DNA from: an uncultured Candidatus Binatia bacterium
Lineage (GTDB): Bacteria; Desulfobacterota; Binatia; UBA9968; JAJDTQ01
Assembly (NCBI GenBank): GCA_965213675.1
Contig: OZ243916.1
Span: 960,001 to 1,024,000 of the forward strand
Length of the DNA: 64,000 nucleotides
Reading direction: 5' to 3'
Position 1 is the first letter of the stretch. Every line of letters starts with the position of its first letter. The notes below the pieces were generated by a model. The model was not told the DNA's origin, searched no databases, and saw nothing but the letters and a program-made list of their open reading frames with translations. Position numbers and translations under genes: made by a program. Positions 37,694 to 47,127 of this stretch are shown here, in pieces.

Positions 37694-39514
37694 CTACTTG
37701 ACCGAACCCCCGAAAATACGCAGCGCCTCGTCGACGATGTCCACGTCACTGTCGTCGCCACCCTGCGGATCCGCGTCGGCGCCGCTCACCTCGTCCGAGT
37801 CCGCCTCCACCGCGACGGTCATGGGGCGCTTGAAGAAGCGCGCGAGGAGCCCCTCGAACAACGTCATCGTCTCCCTGTCTCCAAGATAGCCCAGATGGAA
37901 GCCCTCTTCGAGCCCCAGCCTCACCTGGTCGCCGGAAAGTTCCAGGAGCCTGGCTTGTTTCAGGGAAGAGCCCAGCATGGGCTTCTCGCCGCTGACGAAC
38001 TCCACGAAGCCGTTCCAGCGGGCAGGGGTGGGCTCGGCGACGTCATCCGCAGGCGGCGGCGCGGGTGTGCCGGCTTCTCCGGCGCCCTGGTCCCCTAGCT
38101 CCGCTGGATCGGACGGCGTATCGCGCGACTCCCCGGCGGCGATGGGCGGTGCGTCGGGGCGCGCCGGCGCCGTGTCCGGAGATACGGGCGGCATCGCGGG
38201 CGCCCGGGCCTGTGATGGGGACTCGTCACGGGACGCCGCGCCGTCCAACCGAATGCGCTCCGGCGCCGGCCCTGGATCCGGCTCGACTCGCTCTCCCGGC
38301 TGCAACGGCGCGCGCGATTCCAGTTCCCGTTCCAGCCGCCGCAATTCGTCGATGGCGTCGGCGATGCTCACGGTGCGCGGCAGGGTCGCCACCCGCACCA
38401 GCGAGACTTCCAGATCGAACCGCGGATAGGGTGAACGAGACACGATATCGTCGCCCTGCACCACGAAGCGGTAGAAGTTGATGAGGGTCTCGGTACCGAC
38501 GGCCTGAGCCTGCTCGCGCAGCAGGACCATTTCTTCGGTGGTCAGGTCCATGAGCCGCCGCGACCGCGCCTCCGAATCGGCTTCCGGCGCCGCCGGCGCC
38601 CGCGCGTCCATCAAGCTTACCACCAGAAGGTTGCGGAAATGCTCCACCAACTCCCGCGACAGGGCCGTCAGATCCACCCCGTGAGTCGCCACTTCCGCCA
38701 CCAGGTCCAGGCACGCCGAGGGATTCCCGGCGATGATCGCCGCGGAGACCTCATACAACACGCGCCGCTCGGCTACGCCCAGCATGTCCCGCAGGAGCGC
38801 CTCGTCCACGCTGCCGTCGGTTTCCGGATCCGCGAACGAAAGGACCTGTTCCAGCAACGACTGCGCGTCGCGCATGCTCCCTTGGGCCGCGCGGCTCAGG
38901 AGCGTCAACGCGCCCTGGGTGATGGACAACCCCTCCGCCTCTGCGATTTGCCGCAACCGTTCGTGGATGTCCTGCACGCCGATGCGGCGGAAGTCGAAGC
39001 GCTGGCAGCGTGACAGGATGGTCTCGGGAAGGCGGTGGACCTCGGTGGTGGCGAGGATGAACTTGGCAAAGGGCGGCGGCTCCTCCAGGGTCTTGAGGAG
39101 CGCATTGAAAGCGTCCTTGGTGACCTGGTGCACCTCGTCGATGATGTACACCTTGAAGCGCGCCGCTGCCGGCTGGTAACGCACGTTCTCGATGATCTGC
39201 CGGACTTCGTCGATGCCCCGGTTCGACGCGCCGTCGATCTCAACGACGTCGAGGGAGCGCGCGTCGGCGATCTCCTGACAGCGCGGGCACTGGTTGCACG
39301 GGGTCGGCGTGGGGCCGTCCTCGCAGTTCAATGCCTTGGCCAGGATGCGCGCGGCGCTGGTTTTGCCCACGCCACGGACTCCCGTGAACAGAAAGCAATG
39401 GGCAATGCGGCCGCTGTGGATAGCGTTGGTGAGGACGCGCGCGATGTGCTGCTGCCCGACCATGTCCGCGAGGCTCTGCGGACGCCACTTGCGCGCCAGG
39501 ACAAGGTAGGACAT
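37694..39514 (-). CDS. dnaX: DNA polymerase III subunit gamma/tau
   Basis: MSYLVLARKWRP, GVRGVGKT, EIDGASN, IIDEVH, AFNALLKTLEEPP, SRCQRF. Confidence 0.97.
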   Translation of the reverse strand: MSYLVLARKWRPQSLADMVGQQHIARVLTNAIHSGRIAHCFLFTGVRGVGKTSAARILAKALNCEDGPTPTPCNQCPRCQEIADARSLDVVEIDGASNRGIDEVRQIIENVRYQPAAARFKVYIIDEVHQVTKDAFNALLKTLEEPPPFAKFILATTEVHRLPETILSRCQRFDFRRIGVQDIHERLRQIAEAEGLSITQGALTLLSRAAQGSMRDAQSLLEQVLSFADPETDGSVDEALLRDMLGVAERRVLYEVSAAIIAGNPSACLDLVAEVATHGVDLTALSRELVEHFRNLLVVSLMDARAPAAPEADSEARSRRLMDLTTEEMVLLREQAQAVGTETLINFYRFVVQGDDIVSRSPYPRFDLEVSLVRVATLPRTVSIADAIDELRRLERELESRAPLQPGERVEPDPGPAPERIRLDGAASRDESPSQARAPAMPPVSPDTAPARPDAPPIAAGESRDTPSDPAELGDQGAGEAGTPAPPPADDVAEPTPARWNGFVEFVSGEKPMLGSSLKQARLLELSGDQVRLGLEEGFHLGYLGDRETMTLFEGLLARFFKRPMTVAVEADSDEVSGADADPQGGDDSDVDIVDEALRIFGGSVK

Positions 39515-39625
39515 GAGACTCTAAAGAACCACTCCGGGTGCCCGCGGGGAGGCTTTCGAGGCCTCGGAAATGACCGATGGGCCGCGCCTTGGCGACGCGA
39601 CCCGCTCGCGCGGCGGGATGCTCAT

Positions 39626-39734
39626 TGCCGACAGCCAGGCTTCCCCGTGGCACAGGGGCGGTCCGCTACCGCTGCTTCCTTCCGGACCTGACGGGGTTTG
39701 CGGGACCCACTTGCACGGGACCCGACTGCCAGCA
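39626..39734 (-). ncRNA. ffs: signal recognition particle RNA (small, 4.5S type)
   Basis: Minus strand contains GTCAGGTCCGGAAGGAAGCAGC (helix 8 with GGAA tetraloop) within a long hairpin; canonical position upstream of dnaX. Confidence 0.93.
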
Positions 39735-39828
39735 ATCAACACCCTGCCCTGTCAATGAAACGCGACGGGAAAGACCGTCCACCCGCGTTGGTCGTCACGA
39801 TACCCGCCGCGACTTCGAGCGCACCAGC

Positions 39829-39992
39829 CTGGTGTCGTGTCCCGTAAATTCCTGGGATAACTTGCTGGTCTTTTTCGCCGTCGGCTGCGTGGCTCTTCCT
39901 CGCGTGGTACACGCCCCTGCAGGTCATCGCGCCTTGCCGACAACAAAAATCCTGCGCAACTCATCGCAGGAATTTACGGAACACGACACTGG
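39829..39992 (-). mobile_element. MITE-like hairpin repeat, copy 2 (arm type B, inverted orientation)
   Basis: CTGG-TGTCGTGTCCCGTAAATTCCTG...CAGGAATTTACGGAACACGACA-CTGG; same core as other copies; CTGG directly repeated at both ends. Confidence 0.85.
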
Positions 39993-40153
39993 ATGTCCGC
40001 GAGTTACGGTTTCAATATACCCCTGCGCGGATTACCGTCAAGCCCACAGCGAGAGGGCATGGCACTGGCCGGAGAACATGATCCGCCACGAGGCCGGGAG
40101 TCCTCGGAAGGTCTCCCCAACCAGTTGTAAAATAAGGGAATTTATCAAGGGAG

Positions 40154-40243
40154 TGGCGGAGAGGGAGGGATTCGAACCCCCGTTACCCGAAGGTAAACCT
40201 GATTTCGAGTCAGGCGCCTTCAACCGGACTCGGCCACCTCTCC
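40154..40243 (-). tRNA. tRNA-Ser (CGA)
   Basis: Reverse complement GGAGAGG...CCTCTCC-G-CCA; anticodon arm CCTGA-CT CGA AA-TCAGG; long variable arm; GGTTCGAATCC. Confidence 0.96.
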
Positions 40244-40410
40244 GCAGTTGATTGTAGAGCGTAGCATGCCCTCTGGCGGTTGGGAACTTGTAATCTGAAC
40301 GACTGCGCCCGACCGGAGCGACGCGGCCCGCTCGGTCTCGCCTCCGCATTTGCCACTACCCCTCATGGGTGTTAGGCCGTGGGGACGCCCCGCCGGCGTC
40401 TTCCACTGCC

Positions 40411-41445
40411 ATGAAACACAAGGTCCAGTATCTGCTCGGTCCCGAGCATATCGAAGTGCGTGAAGAGCCCGTGCCGGTGCCCGGTCCGGGAGAGTTGCTG
40501 GTGCGGATTCGGGCGGCTACCACCTGTGGGACGGACGTGAAGGTGTTTCAGCGCGGAGGGCATTCACGGATGCTGCGGGTGCCGACGCCCTTTGGGCATG
40601 AGTTCGCGGGGTCGGTGGAGGCGCTGGGCGCGGGCGCGTCCGGTTTCCGGCCCGGCGACCGGGTGGTGGTGGCCAACTCGGCGCCGTGCGGGCGCTGTTC
40701 GTACTGCGCGGCGGAGCGGGAGAACCTGTGCCGGGACCTCGAATATCTCAACGGCGCGTTCGCGGAGTACATCCGGATACCCCGGCGGTTCGTCGAAATC
40801 AGCACGCACCATCTCGACCCGGACCTTCCCTACGAGGTCGCCGCGCTGGTGGAGCCGGTAGCCTGCGTGATTCATGGGATTGACGCCAGCCGGCTGGCGG
40901 ACGGCGCCGATGTGCTGGTCCATGGAGCGGGACCCATCGGTCTGTTGCTTGCCGCCGTGCTGGCGTTCCGAGGGCACGATGTGGTGGTGGCCGACCCCAA
41001 TCCGCACCGTCTCGACGCGGCGCGGACCCTTGGAGCGCGAGAGACGGTGGAGGTGGCCCGCGGCAGCTCCCAGCGCGATCATCTGCGGCTTCGTTCACGA
41101 GACGGCGACGGCTTCGACTGTGCCATTGACGCCACCGGTGTCCCCGCAGTGTGGCAGGACGCGGTGGCGTGCGTCCGCCCCGGAGGTGTGGTCAATCTGT
41201 TCGGCGGCTGCGCGCCGGGGACGAAGATTTCCCTGGACACGGCGTCGGTCCACTATAACGAACTGACCGTCATGGGCGCGTATCATCACCGGCCGGCCAC
41301 GGTGACGCGGGCGCTGGAAATGTTGAGCCGGAAGACCCTGGACCCGCGTCCCCTCTTGTCCGCCGACGTGCCGCTGGCGGACCTGGAGCAGGCGCTGCGG
41401 TCCATGATGGCGCGCCAGGCGCTGAAGGTCGTCGTGCGACCCTGA
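40411..41445 (+). CDS. zinc-dependent medium-chain alcohol/polyol dehydrogenase
   Basis: CGTD, GHE, CGRCSYC...C structural Zn site, EPVAC, GAGPIG. Confidence 0.9.
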   Translation: MKHKVQYLLGPEHIEVREEPVPVPGPGELLVRIRAATTCGTDVKVFQRGGHSRMLRVPTPFGHEFAGSVEALGAGASGFRPGDRVVVANSAPCGRCSYCAAERENLCRDLEYLNGAFAEYIRIPRRFVEISTHHLDPDLPYEVAALVEPVACVIHGIDASRLADGADVLVHGAGPIGLLLAAVLAFRGHDVVVADPNPHRLDAARTLGARETVEVARGSSQRDHLRLRSRDGDGFDCAIDATGVPAVWQDAVACVRPGGVVNLFGGCAPGTKISLDTASVHYNELTVMGAYHHRPATVTRALEMLSRKTLDPRPLLSADVPLADLEQALRSMMARQALKVVVRP

Positions 41446-41451
41446 CCCGCG

Positions 41452-42336
41452 TCACACCACCCGCCGTCGCAAGAACGCGCTCAGATAATCCACTCCCGTC
41501 ACCAGCACGTACAGGGCGATGAGCAGCGTCAGGAGCTGTTGCTCGAAGAACAGGCTCATGGCGATGTGGATGCGCTGGCCAAGGCCGCCGGCGCCGACGA
41601 AGCCCAACACCGCGGCGACGCGGATGTTCACTTCCCAGCGATACAGCGTGTACGAAGTGAACTGGGGCAGAACCTGCGGCAGGATGCCGTAGAACAGGAT
41701 CTGAATCTTGCCGGCGCCGGTGGACTGGAGGGACTCGACGGGCTGCAGGTCCACATCCTCCAGCACCTCGGCGAAGAGCTTGCCCAACACGCCGCCGGTA
41801 TGGACGCCGAGGGCCAACACCCCGGGGAACGGTCCCAGCCCCACGAGAAAGACGAACACCAGCGCCCAGAGCATCTCCGGGATGGTGCGCAGGAAGTTCA
41901 GGATCGCTTTGGCCGCGAGGTATGGAACGCGCCGCAACGCGTGAAAACCGCCCCGGGACTCCATTTCGTAGAGCAGGCCCGCGTACGCGAGATTGCGCGC
42001 GCCAAAGAAAGCCAGCGACAGCGCGATGATCGCCGACAGCACGGTGCCCGTGAGGGAGATGGCCAGGGTCTCCCAGGCGCCGTCCACGGCATCGGCCACC
42101 ACCTTGGGCGAGAAGTCCGGCGGAAAGAGGCGTGTCACGTATTCGGCGATGGCGCCGCCGCCGTCCGCGCTGAAAAGCATACCGAGGTCGATCTCCGACC
42201 CCTGGTAACTCCATGCGAAGAGAGCCGCCAGGAGGCCGAGCATCACGCAGGTGAAAGCGCGCGAGCGATCACGCCCGGCGGCCCGGAGCGCCCGCACCTC
42301 GTCCATCGTAGCCGCGGTCCGGTTCACCGGAGTCAC
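41452..42336 (-). CDS. phnE: PhnE/PtxC-family ABC transporter permease
   Basis: LRTIPEMLWAL..VGLGP.PGVLALG, GKLFAE, YTLYRWEVNIR, GFVGAGGLG. Confidence 0.85.
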   Translation of the reverse strand: MTPVNRTAATMDEVRALRAAGRDRSRAFTCVMLGLLAALFAWSYQGSEIDLGMLFSADGGGAIAEYVTRLFPPDFSPKVVADAVDGAWETLAISLTGTVLSAIIALSLAFFGARNLAYAGLLYEMESRGGFHALRRVPYLAAKAILNFLRTIPEMLWALVFVFLVGLGPFPGVLALGVHTGGVLGKLFAEVLEDVDLQPVESLQSTGAGKIQILFYGILPQVLPQFTSYTLYRWEVNIRVAAVLGFVGAGGLGQRIHIAMSLFFEQQLLTLLIALYVLVTGVDYLSAFLRRRVV

Positions 42337-43184
42337 AGCAGCGACCTCACCTTCGCACTCACGTAGTCCGCTCCCGCCACCAGCGCGAATAGAATCAGCA
42401 GCAGGGTCGTGACCTCATGAAAATTGAACATGCGGATGGAGATCTGGATCTGCTGGCCGATGCCGCCGGCGCCGACAAGTCCGAGGATGGCCGACGTGCG
42501 CACGGCGCACTCCCAACGATACAGGGTGTACGAGGTGATGTTGGGCAGCACTTGCGGGAACCAGCCGTAGAAGAACACCTGCAACCGACCGGCGCCGGTG
42601 GCCTGGATGGCCTCCAAGGGACGCTCGTTCACCGACTCGAATATCTCGGAGTACACCTTGCCGAGCATGCCGCCGTAGGCCACGCCGATGGCGAGCACGC
42701 CGGGAAACGGCCCCAGGCCCACGGCGCGCACGAACATGAAGGCCCAGACGAACTCCGGGATACAGCGGAACAGGCTCAGCAGCGCCCGCGCCAGGCCATA
42801 CAGCGCGACCTTGAGGCCGTGCCGCAGCCCGGCGTCGCGGAATCCGGTCTCGTGGAGGATGCCCTGGAAACTGAAAGTGCTGGTGGCCAGCAGCCCCAAG
42901 GGAAACCCGATGACCACGGCGATCACCGTTCCCATGACCGAGATCTGAACCGTCTCGATGGTCGGCCGGACCATCAACGCCAGAAATTCCCAGGAAAGCT
43001 CCGGCGGATACATGCCTGTGACGAACTGCCACAGGTGCTCTCGTCCCTCGGGCTCGAAGAAGATCCCCGGGTTGACCTCGGCCCGGCGCCAGCTATCGGC
43101 GAGAAGGACCAGGAACAACCCGCCGAAAACGTACGGGAAGAGGGATCGGGAACCCGGTGATCGGGACGTGAAGCTCGGGGGCAC
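42333..43184 (-). CDS. phnE: PhnE/PtxC-family ABC transporter permease
   Basis: RCIPEFVWA..RAVGLGP, GKVYSE, YTLYRWECAVR, GLVGAGGIG. Confidence 0.85.
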   Translation of the reverse strand: MPPSFTSRSPGSRSLFPYVFGGLFLVLLADSWRRAEVNPGIFFEPEGREHLWQFVTGMYPPELSWEFLALMVRPTIETVQISVMGTVIAVVIGFPLGLLATSTFSFQGILHETGFRDAGLRHGLKVALYGLARALLSLFRCIPEFVWAFMFVRAVGLGPFPGVLAIGVAYGGMLGKVYSEIFESVNERPLEAIQATGAGRLQVFFYGWFPQVLPNITSYTLYRWECAVRTSAILGLVGAGGIGQQIQISIRMFNFHEVTTLLLILFALVAGADYVSAKVRSLL

Positions 43185-43248
43185 CAGGAGCCTGTCGGGT
43201 TGATCGACTCGTAGCGAGAGTCAGAGAAGGGCCGGTTTCAACAGGCTC

Positions 43249-44064
43249 CTAGACCGCGACCCGGCCTTGCGGCTCCAGCTGGGGCGTCCGGGCGGCGCCT
43301 ATCCTGGCGGGAGCGTGGCCGGAATAAAGTTCCTGCAACAGCTCCGGTGTCACTTGGGCGGCGGCTGTGTCGAAAAGCTTCACACCCTGTTTCATGCCCA
43401 CAACCCTGGGGAAGAAGGACAGCGCCAGATCGGTGCTGTGCAGGTTGACCATCAGAGTCTTGCGGGTGTCATCGCTGATGGTGATGAGCAGCTTGATGAT
43501 GGTCTCGGCCAGGGACGGGTCCACCGACGAAACAGGTTCGTCCGCCAGGATCACTTCCGGATCCTGCATCAGCACCCGGGCGATTGCCACGCGCTGCTGC
43601 TGCCCGCCGGACAACTCGTCGGTGCGGCTGAAGAGCTTCTCCGCGATGCCCACGGCGGCGAGCGCCCGGTGCGCGGCCTCCAGGTGAGCGGGCCGCGCCA
43701 GGGACGCCAGGGAACCTGGCAACGACCAGCGCCCCAGCCGCCCGGAGAGCACGTTGTGGACCACGCGCAGGCGCGGCACCAGATTGTGCTGCTGGTAGAT
43801 GGTACCGATGCGGCAGCGCATTTGCCGCAGACGCCGGCCGTACAGGTCGCACACTTCTTCACCGTCGATGCGCAAGCGGCCCGAGGTGGGACGAATGGTG
43901 CAGTTGAGCATGCGGAAGAGCGTGGTCTTCCCGGCTCCGCTGGGCCCGATGAGCGCAACGCGCTCGCCCCGGGCGACCTCGAGGTCGAATCCTTCCAGCG
44001 CCACCTGTTGGCGTCCGAACACCTTGCGGACGCCCTCCAGGTGGTATTGTGGCGGCGCGATCAA
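43249..44064 (-). CDS. phnC: PhnC-family ABC transporter ATP-binding protein
   Basis: GPSGAGKTT, LSGGQQQRVAIAR, ILADEPVSSVDP, VNLH; TTG start overlapping the upstream TGA inferred. Confidence 0.88.
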   Translation of the reverse strand: MIAPPQYHLEGVRKVFGRQQVALEGFDLEVARGERVALIGPSGAGKTTLFRMLNCTIRPTSGRLRIDGEEVCDLYGRRLRQMRCRIGTIYQQHNLVPRLRVVHNVLSGRLGRWSLPGSLASLARPAHLEAAHRALAAVGIAEKLFSRTDELSGGQQQRVAIARVLMQDPEVILADEPVSSVDPSLAETIIKLLITISDDTRKTLMVNLHSTDLALSFFPRVVGMKQGVKLFDTAAAQVTPELLQELYSGHAPARIGAARTPQLEPQGRVAV

Positions 44065-44924
44065 TTGATCTTGAGCATGCCGGCCGCGATGGCCGCCTTC
44101 CTGATGCCGTCCCAATCCGAGTCCTTGGCGGGAATGAACTTGCGCGTGCGCTGCAGGTCCATGATTTCCTTGTGTGCGGGCTTGGCGTAGTCGAGCTTCA
44201 GGAGCGCCTGCTTGAACTTCTCACGCGTCTCCTCGGAAACGCCTCCACGGGCAACCCACACATAGTCCACGTAGGGCGGCGTGGTCCAGAAGACATGAAC
44301 CTTGCCGGTGTCGATCTTCTTGTTGTCCACCAGCTTCTTCCAAACCAGGAAGTTGAGAGCGCCAGCGTCCACCCGGCCCGCCGCTACCCACGCCGCGGTG
44401 GCGTCGTGGGCCCCGCTGAAGCCGAACTTCTGGAAGTCCCGATCGGGCTCCACGCCAGCGGCCTTGAGAAAGTGACGCGGCATCAGGTGTCCGGAGGTGG
44501 AACTGACGCTGCCGAAGGCAAAGGTCTTGCCCTTGAGGTCGCCCAGGTTCCGGATGCCTGAATCCGTGCGCGTGACGAAAACGCTCTTGAAGCTCGCGTC
44601 CTCCTCGCGCATGGCCAGCCGCGTGGCGCCCTTGGCGCGCTCCACCGCCTGAACCGATGTGAAGCCTCCGTACCAGACCATGTCGAGGCGGTTCGCGGCC
44701 AGCCCTTCCACGGTGGCCGCGTAATCCACCACGGGCACGAACTTGACCGGGCGCCCCACTTCCTTTGCGATGTAGTCGGTGAAGGGCTTGTACTTGCGCA
44801 ACAATTCCTGCGGGTCCTCGTCCGGGATCGCGGAAAGGCGCAACGTGTCCGCCGCCGCGACGCCCGTCACAAGGGACGAAGCGAACAGAATCAGGAACAG
44901 CCACCGGGCCGGTTGTCGTTTCAT
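44061..44924 (-). CDS. PhnD-family ABC substrate-binding protein (resembles the putative selenate-binding clade)
   Basis: Signal peptide; SAIPDEDP, FVPVVDYAATV, WYGGFTSVQA, FGSVSSTSGHLMPR, FSGAHDAT, TTPPYVDYVW. Confidence 0.85.
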   Translation of the reverse strand: MKRQPARWLFLILFASSLVTGVAAADTLRLSAIPDEDPQELLRKYKPFTDYIAKEVGRPVKFVPVVDYAATVEGLAANRLDMVWYGGFTSVQAVERAKGATRLAMREEDASFKSVFVTRTDSGIRNLGDLKGKTFAFGSVSSTSGHLMPRHFLKAAGVEPDRDFQKFGFSGAHDATAAWVAAGRVDAGALNFLVWKKLVDNKKIDTGKVHVFWTTPPYVDYVWVARGGVSEETREKFKQALLKLDYAKPAHKEIMDLQRTRKFIPAKDSDWDGIRKAAIAAGMLKIN

Positions 44925-45102
44925 CGATGCCTCCGGATAATGGAATTCCACCAAATGGATAACATCGGAAGCTATATGTCAAATGGACCTTGCCATCCGG
45001 CAGGTCCTGCCATGGATGCGCGCGCGGCGCCCGGCCCGGAAACCGGGAGAACGCGCGCGATGAACGGCTGTTTGGATCCGTTGCCATGAGCCGCCAACCC
45101 GG

Positions 45103-45267
45103 CTAGTGTGGTGTCTGGTTAATTCGGGTCATAATCTGCGGAGGATTTTTTGTTGTCGGCAAGGCGCGATGACGAGCAGTGGCGGGTACCACGCGAGGAA
45201 GAGCAACGCAGCCGACGGCGAATAAGACCCGCAGATTATGTCGCGTATTATCCAGACACCACACTAG
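45103..45267 (+). mobile_element. MITE-like hairpin repeat, copy 3 (arm type A)
   Basis: CTAG-TGTGGTGTCTGGTTAAT...ATTATCCAGACACCACA-CTAG; near-identical to 36559-36723. Confidence 0.85.
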
Positions 45268-45340
45268 TGTGGAGTTTGGGAACTGCGTGGACCCGGTTGC
45301 GCAGGACTTTTCGTCGCGAGCCAGGCGCGCTGACGCGCAT
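45264..45340 (+). repeat. degenerate partial copy of the hairpin element, in tandem with copy 3
   Basis: CTAG-TGTGGAGT...GTTGCGCAGGACTTTTCGTCGCGAGCCAGGCGCGCTGACGCGCA aligns by eye to GTTGCGCAGGATTTTTGTTGTCGGCAAGGCGCGATGACGAGCA. Confidence 0.55.
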
Positions 45341-45366
45341 GCATGGGAACGCGGGTTGTCGCAAGC

Positions 45367-46449
45367 ATGAAGCACTCCGCCCTTCACGACTTTCACCACG
45401 CCAACGGCGCCGCCTTCATTGAGCGCGCCGGGTGGTCGCTGGCGGATCACTTCGGCGACACCGCCGCGGAGTACGACGCCGTGCGCGCCCGCGCGGGCTG
45501 GCTCGACACGGCGGATCGCGCCGTCCTGGAGGTGAATGGACCCGACAGCGCGACGTGGCTCCAGGGGATGCTGTCCAACGACGTTCAGGGCCTGGACGCC
45601 GGCGGGGGCGTGCTCGCGGCGGTGTTGAATATCCAGGGCAGGATCCTGGCGGACGTTTGCGTACTGCGCACGGAGGACGCATTCCTGGTGTTGCTGGACG
45701 AACCCTTGGCGGCGGGGGTGGTCGAGCACCTGAACCGCTACCTGATTGCCGACGAAGTCGAAATCGCCGACCTGTCCGCGGAAATCTCCGTGGTGTCCCT
45801 TCAGGGGCCGGAGGCCGCCGCCGCCCTGGCGAGCGTTTCGGACCTCGACGCCCCGCCGGCGGAGCGGCTGTCCCACGCGGAGGCGCAGTGCGCGGGCGAA
45901 AATCTTCGTGTCATTCGCGCTTCGCATGGCGAGTGCGGGTTCGATCTCGTCTTGCCCGGGAGGCATCTCCGGCGCCTGGCCGAGTTGCCCGCGTCCCGCG
46001 CGATTCCGTGGATCGGCATTCGCGCCCAGGAGACCCTGCGCGTCGAGGCCGGCGTTCCCCGTTACGGCATCGACATGGACGCGGAGACGCTGCTGCTGGA
46101 GACCTCTCTGGACGACTCCGTGAGCTTCACCAAGGGTTGCTATCTCGGGCAGGAGACCGTGGAGCGCATCCACTCCCGCGGCCACGTGAACCGCAGACTC
46201 ACGGGCTTCAAGCTGGAAGGCGCCGAGGCCCCCGACGCCGGCGCCCCGGTCCTCGACGGCGACCGCGCCGTCGGCCGGATCACCAGCGCCGTCGTTTCCC
46301 CCCGCTTCGGCCGCCCCATTGCCCTGGGCTACGTACATCGGGACTACCTGGAGCCGGGAACCCCGGTGGTCATCGCGCACGGCGGACAGACCATCCAGGC
46401 CGCGGTGCAGGCCCTGCCCTTCCAAACCGCCGTCCCGCGCTCCGCGTGA
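45367..46449 (+). CDS. ygfZ: YgfZ/GcvT-like folate-binding aminomethyltransferase family protein
   Basis: GPD..TWLQGMLSND, LRVEAG.P.YG, signature SFTKGCYLGQE, GRITSAV.SP, ALGY. Confidence 0.85.
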   Translation: MKHSALHDFHHANGAAFIERAGWSLADHFGDTAAEYDAVRARAGWLDTADRAVLEVNGPDSATWLQGMLSNDVQGLDAGGGVLAAVLNIQGRILADVCVLRTEDAFLVLLDEPLAAGVVEHLNRYLIADEVEIADLSAEISVVSLQGPEAAAALASVSDLDAPPAERLSHAEAQCAGENLRVIRASHGECGFDLVLPGRHLRRLAELPASRAIPWIGIRAQETLRVEAGVPRYGIDMDAETLLLETSLDDSVSFTKGCYLGQETVERIHSRGHVNRRLTGFKLEGAEAPDAGAPVLDGDRAVGRITSAVVSPRFGRPIALGYVHRDYLEPGTPVVIAHGGQTIQAAVQALPFQTAVPRSA

Positions 46450-46565
46450 GGCGTGGGTCGGCGGAGAAGAGGTCCACGTCCCCCAAGGCACACCGGCGGC
46501 GGGGCACTGTCCCGGCTGGCCCCGAACTGGAGTTCATCCGCCTCTTGGAGCCCCGCGTGCGGCAC

Positions 46566-46598
46566 AAGAAAAGGGCGACGCCCATGCGCCGCCCTTTC
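46566..46598 (-). terminator. rho-independent terminator after the peroxiredoxin
   Basis: Minus strand AAAGGGCGGCGC-ATGG-GCGTCGCCCTTT followed by TCTT; between convergent genes. Confidence 0.7.
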
Positions 46599-46630
46599 GT
46601 CGTGCCAAGTCCTGCCGCGAAGGCCGCCGG

Positions 46631-47089
46631 CTACAGCTTGTCGAGCTCGGCCAACAGGTCCTTGTTCTCGGGAATGCCGCTTTCGTAGAGCTTGGCGTAA
46701 CGCACCGCTCCCGCTTTGTCGATGATGAAAACCGCCCGCTTGGGAAAACCCTGGGGGCGCAGGCAGTCGTACTGTTCGCACACCGCCCCATGGGGCCAGA
46801 AATCGGAGAGCATCGGGAAGCTGATGCCGCCCATCTTCTCCGCAAACGCCTTGTGGGCGAAAACCGAATCCACGCTTACGCTCAGCACCTGAGCGTCTTT
46901 GGCCTCGAAGCTGCCCTTGTCAGCCTCGAAGTTGCTCAACTCCTGCTGTCAACCGCCGGTAAAATCCAGCGGATAGAACGCCAGCACGACGTTCTTCTTG
47001 CCCGCGTAGTCGCTCAGGGACACCTTTTCGTCCCGGGACATCGGCAGGCTGAAGGCGGGCGCCTTCTCTCCCACGCTTGGCATTGCCAT
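46631..47089 (-). CDS. AhpE/BCP-like peroxiredoxin, probable selenoprotein (in-frame TGA = Sec47)
   Basis: AAGGAG RBS then ATG 47089; [16 protein letters not shown]...[16 protein letters not shown](46949-46951)-QQELSNF...SVSVDS...[11 protein letters not shown]...[10 protein letters not shown]; TGA occupies the peroxidatic Cys position of PxxxTxxC. Confidence 0.88.
46903..46931 (-). promoter_or_regulatory. candidate bacterial SECIS element
   Basis: mRNA CUUCGAGGCUG-ACAAGGG-CAGCUUCGAGG, an 11-bp stem with 2 G.U pairs starting 17 nt after the UGA. Confidence 0.6.
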
Positions 47090-47127
47090 CTAACGGTCTC
47101 CTTTCCGAGTATGTGTTGACACGCGGC

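Noticed and set aside
37694-39514. Programmed -1 frameshift or slippage site in dnaX
   Set aside because: No A-AAA-AAG or long A run was seen in the coding strand.
39993-40153. Genomic island at the tRNA-Ser 3' end
   Set aside because: Short and slightly AT-rich, but no integrase or duplicated tRNA 3' end was seen; the tRNA-Ser-ffs-dnaX-ybaB-recR order is intact apart from the repeat.
44930-44990. ModE-type box upstream of the ABC binding-protein gene
   Set aside because: Only one GCTATAT half-site, without a correctly spaced partner. A TTGACA is present on the minus strand but the -10 spacing is poor.
46450-46560. Possible ncRNA between ygfZ and the terminator
   Set aside because: Only short complementary segments and no recognisable family motif.
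46631-46939. 102-aa ORF read as a truncated or pseudogenised peroxiredoxin
   Set aside because: The only interruption is a TGA exactly at the catalytic Cys position, with intact upstream frame, RBS and downstream hairpin; selenocysteine recoding fits better.
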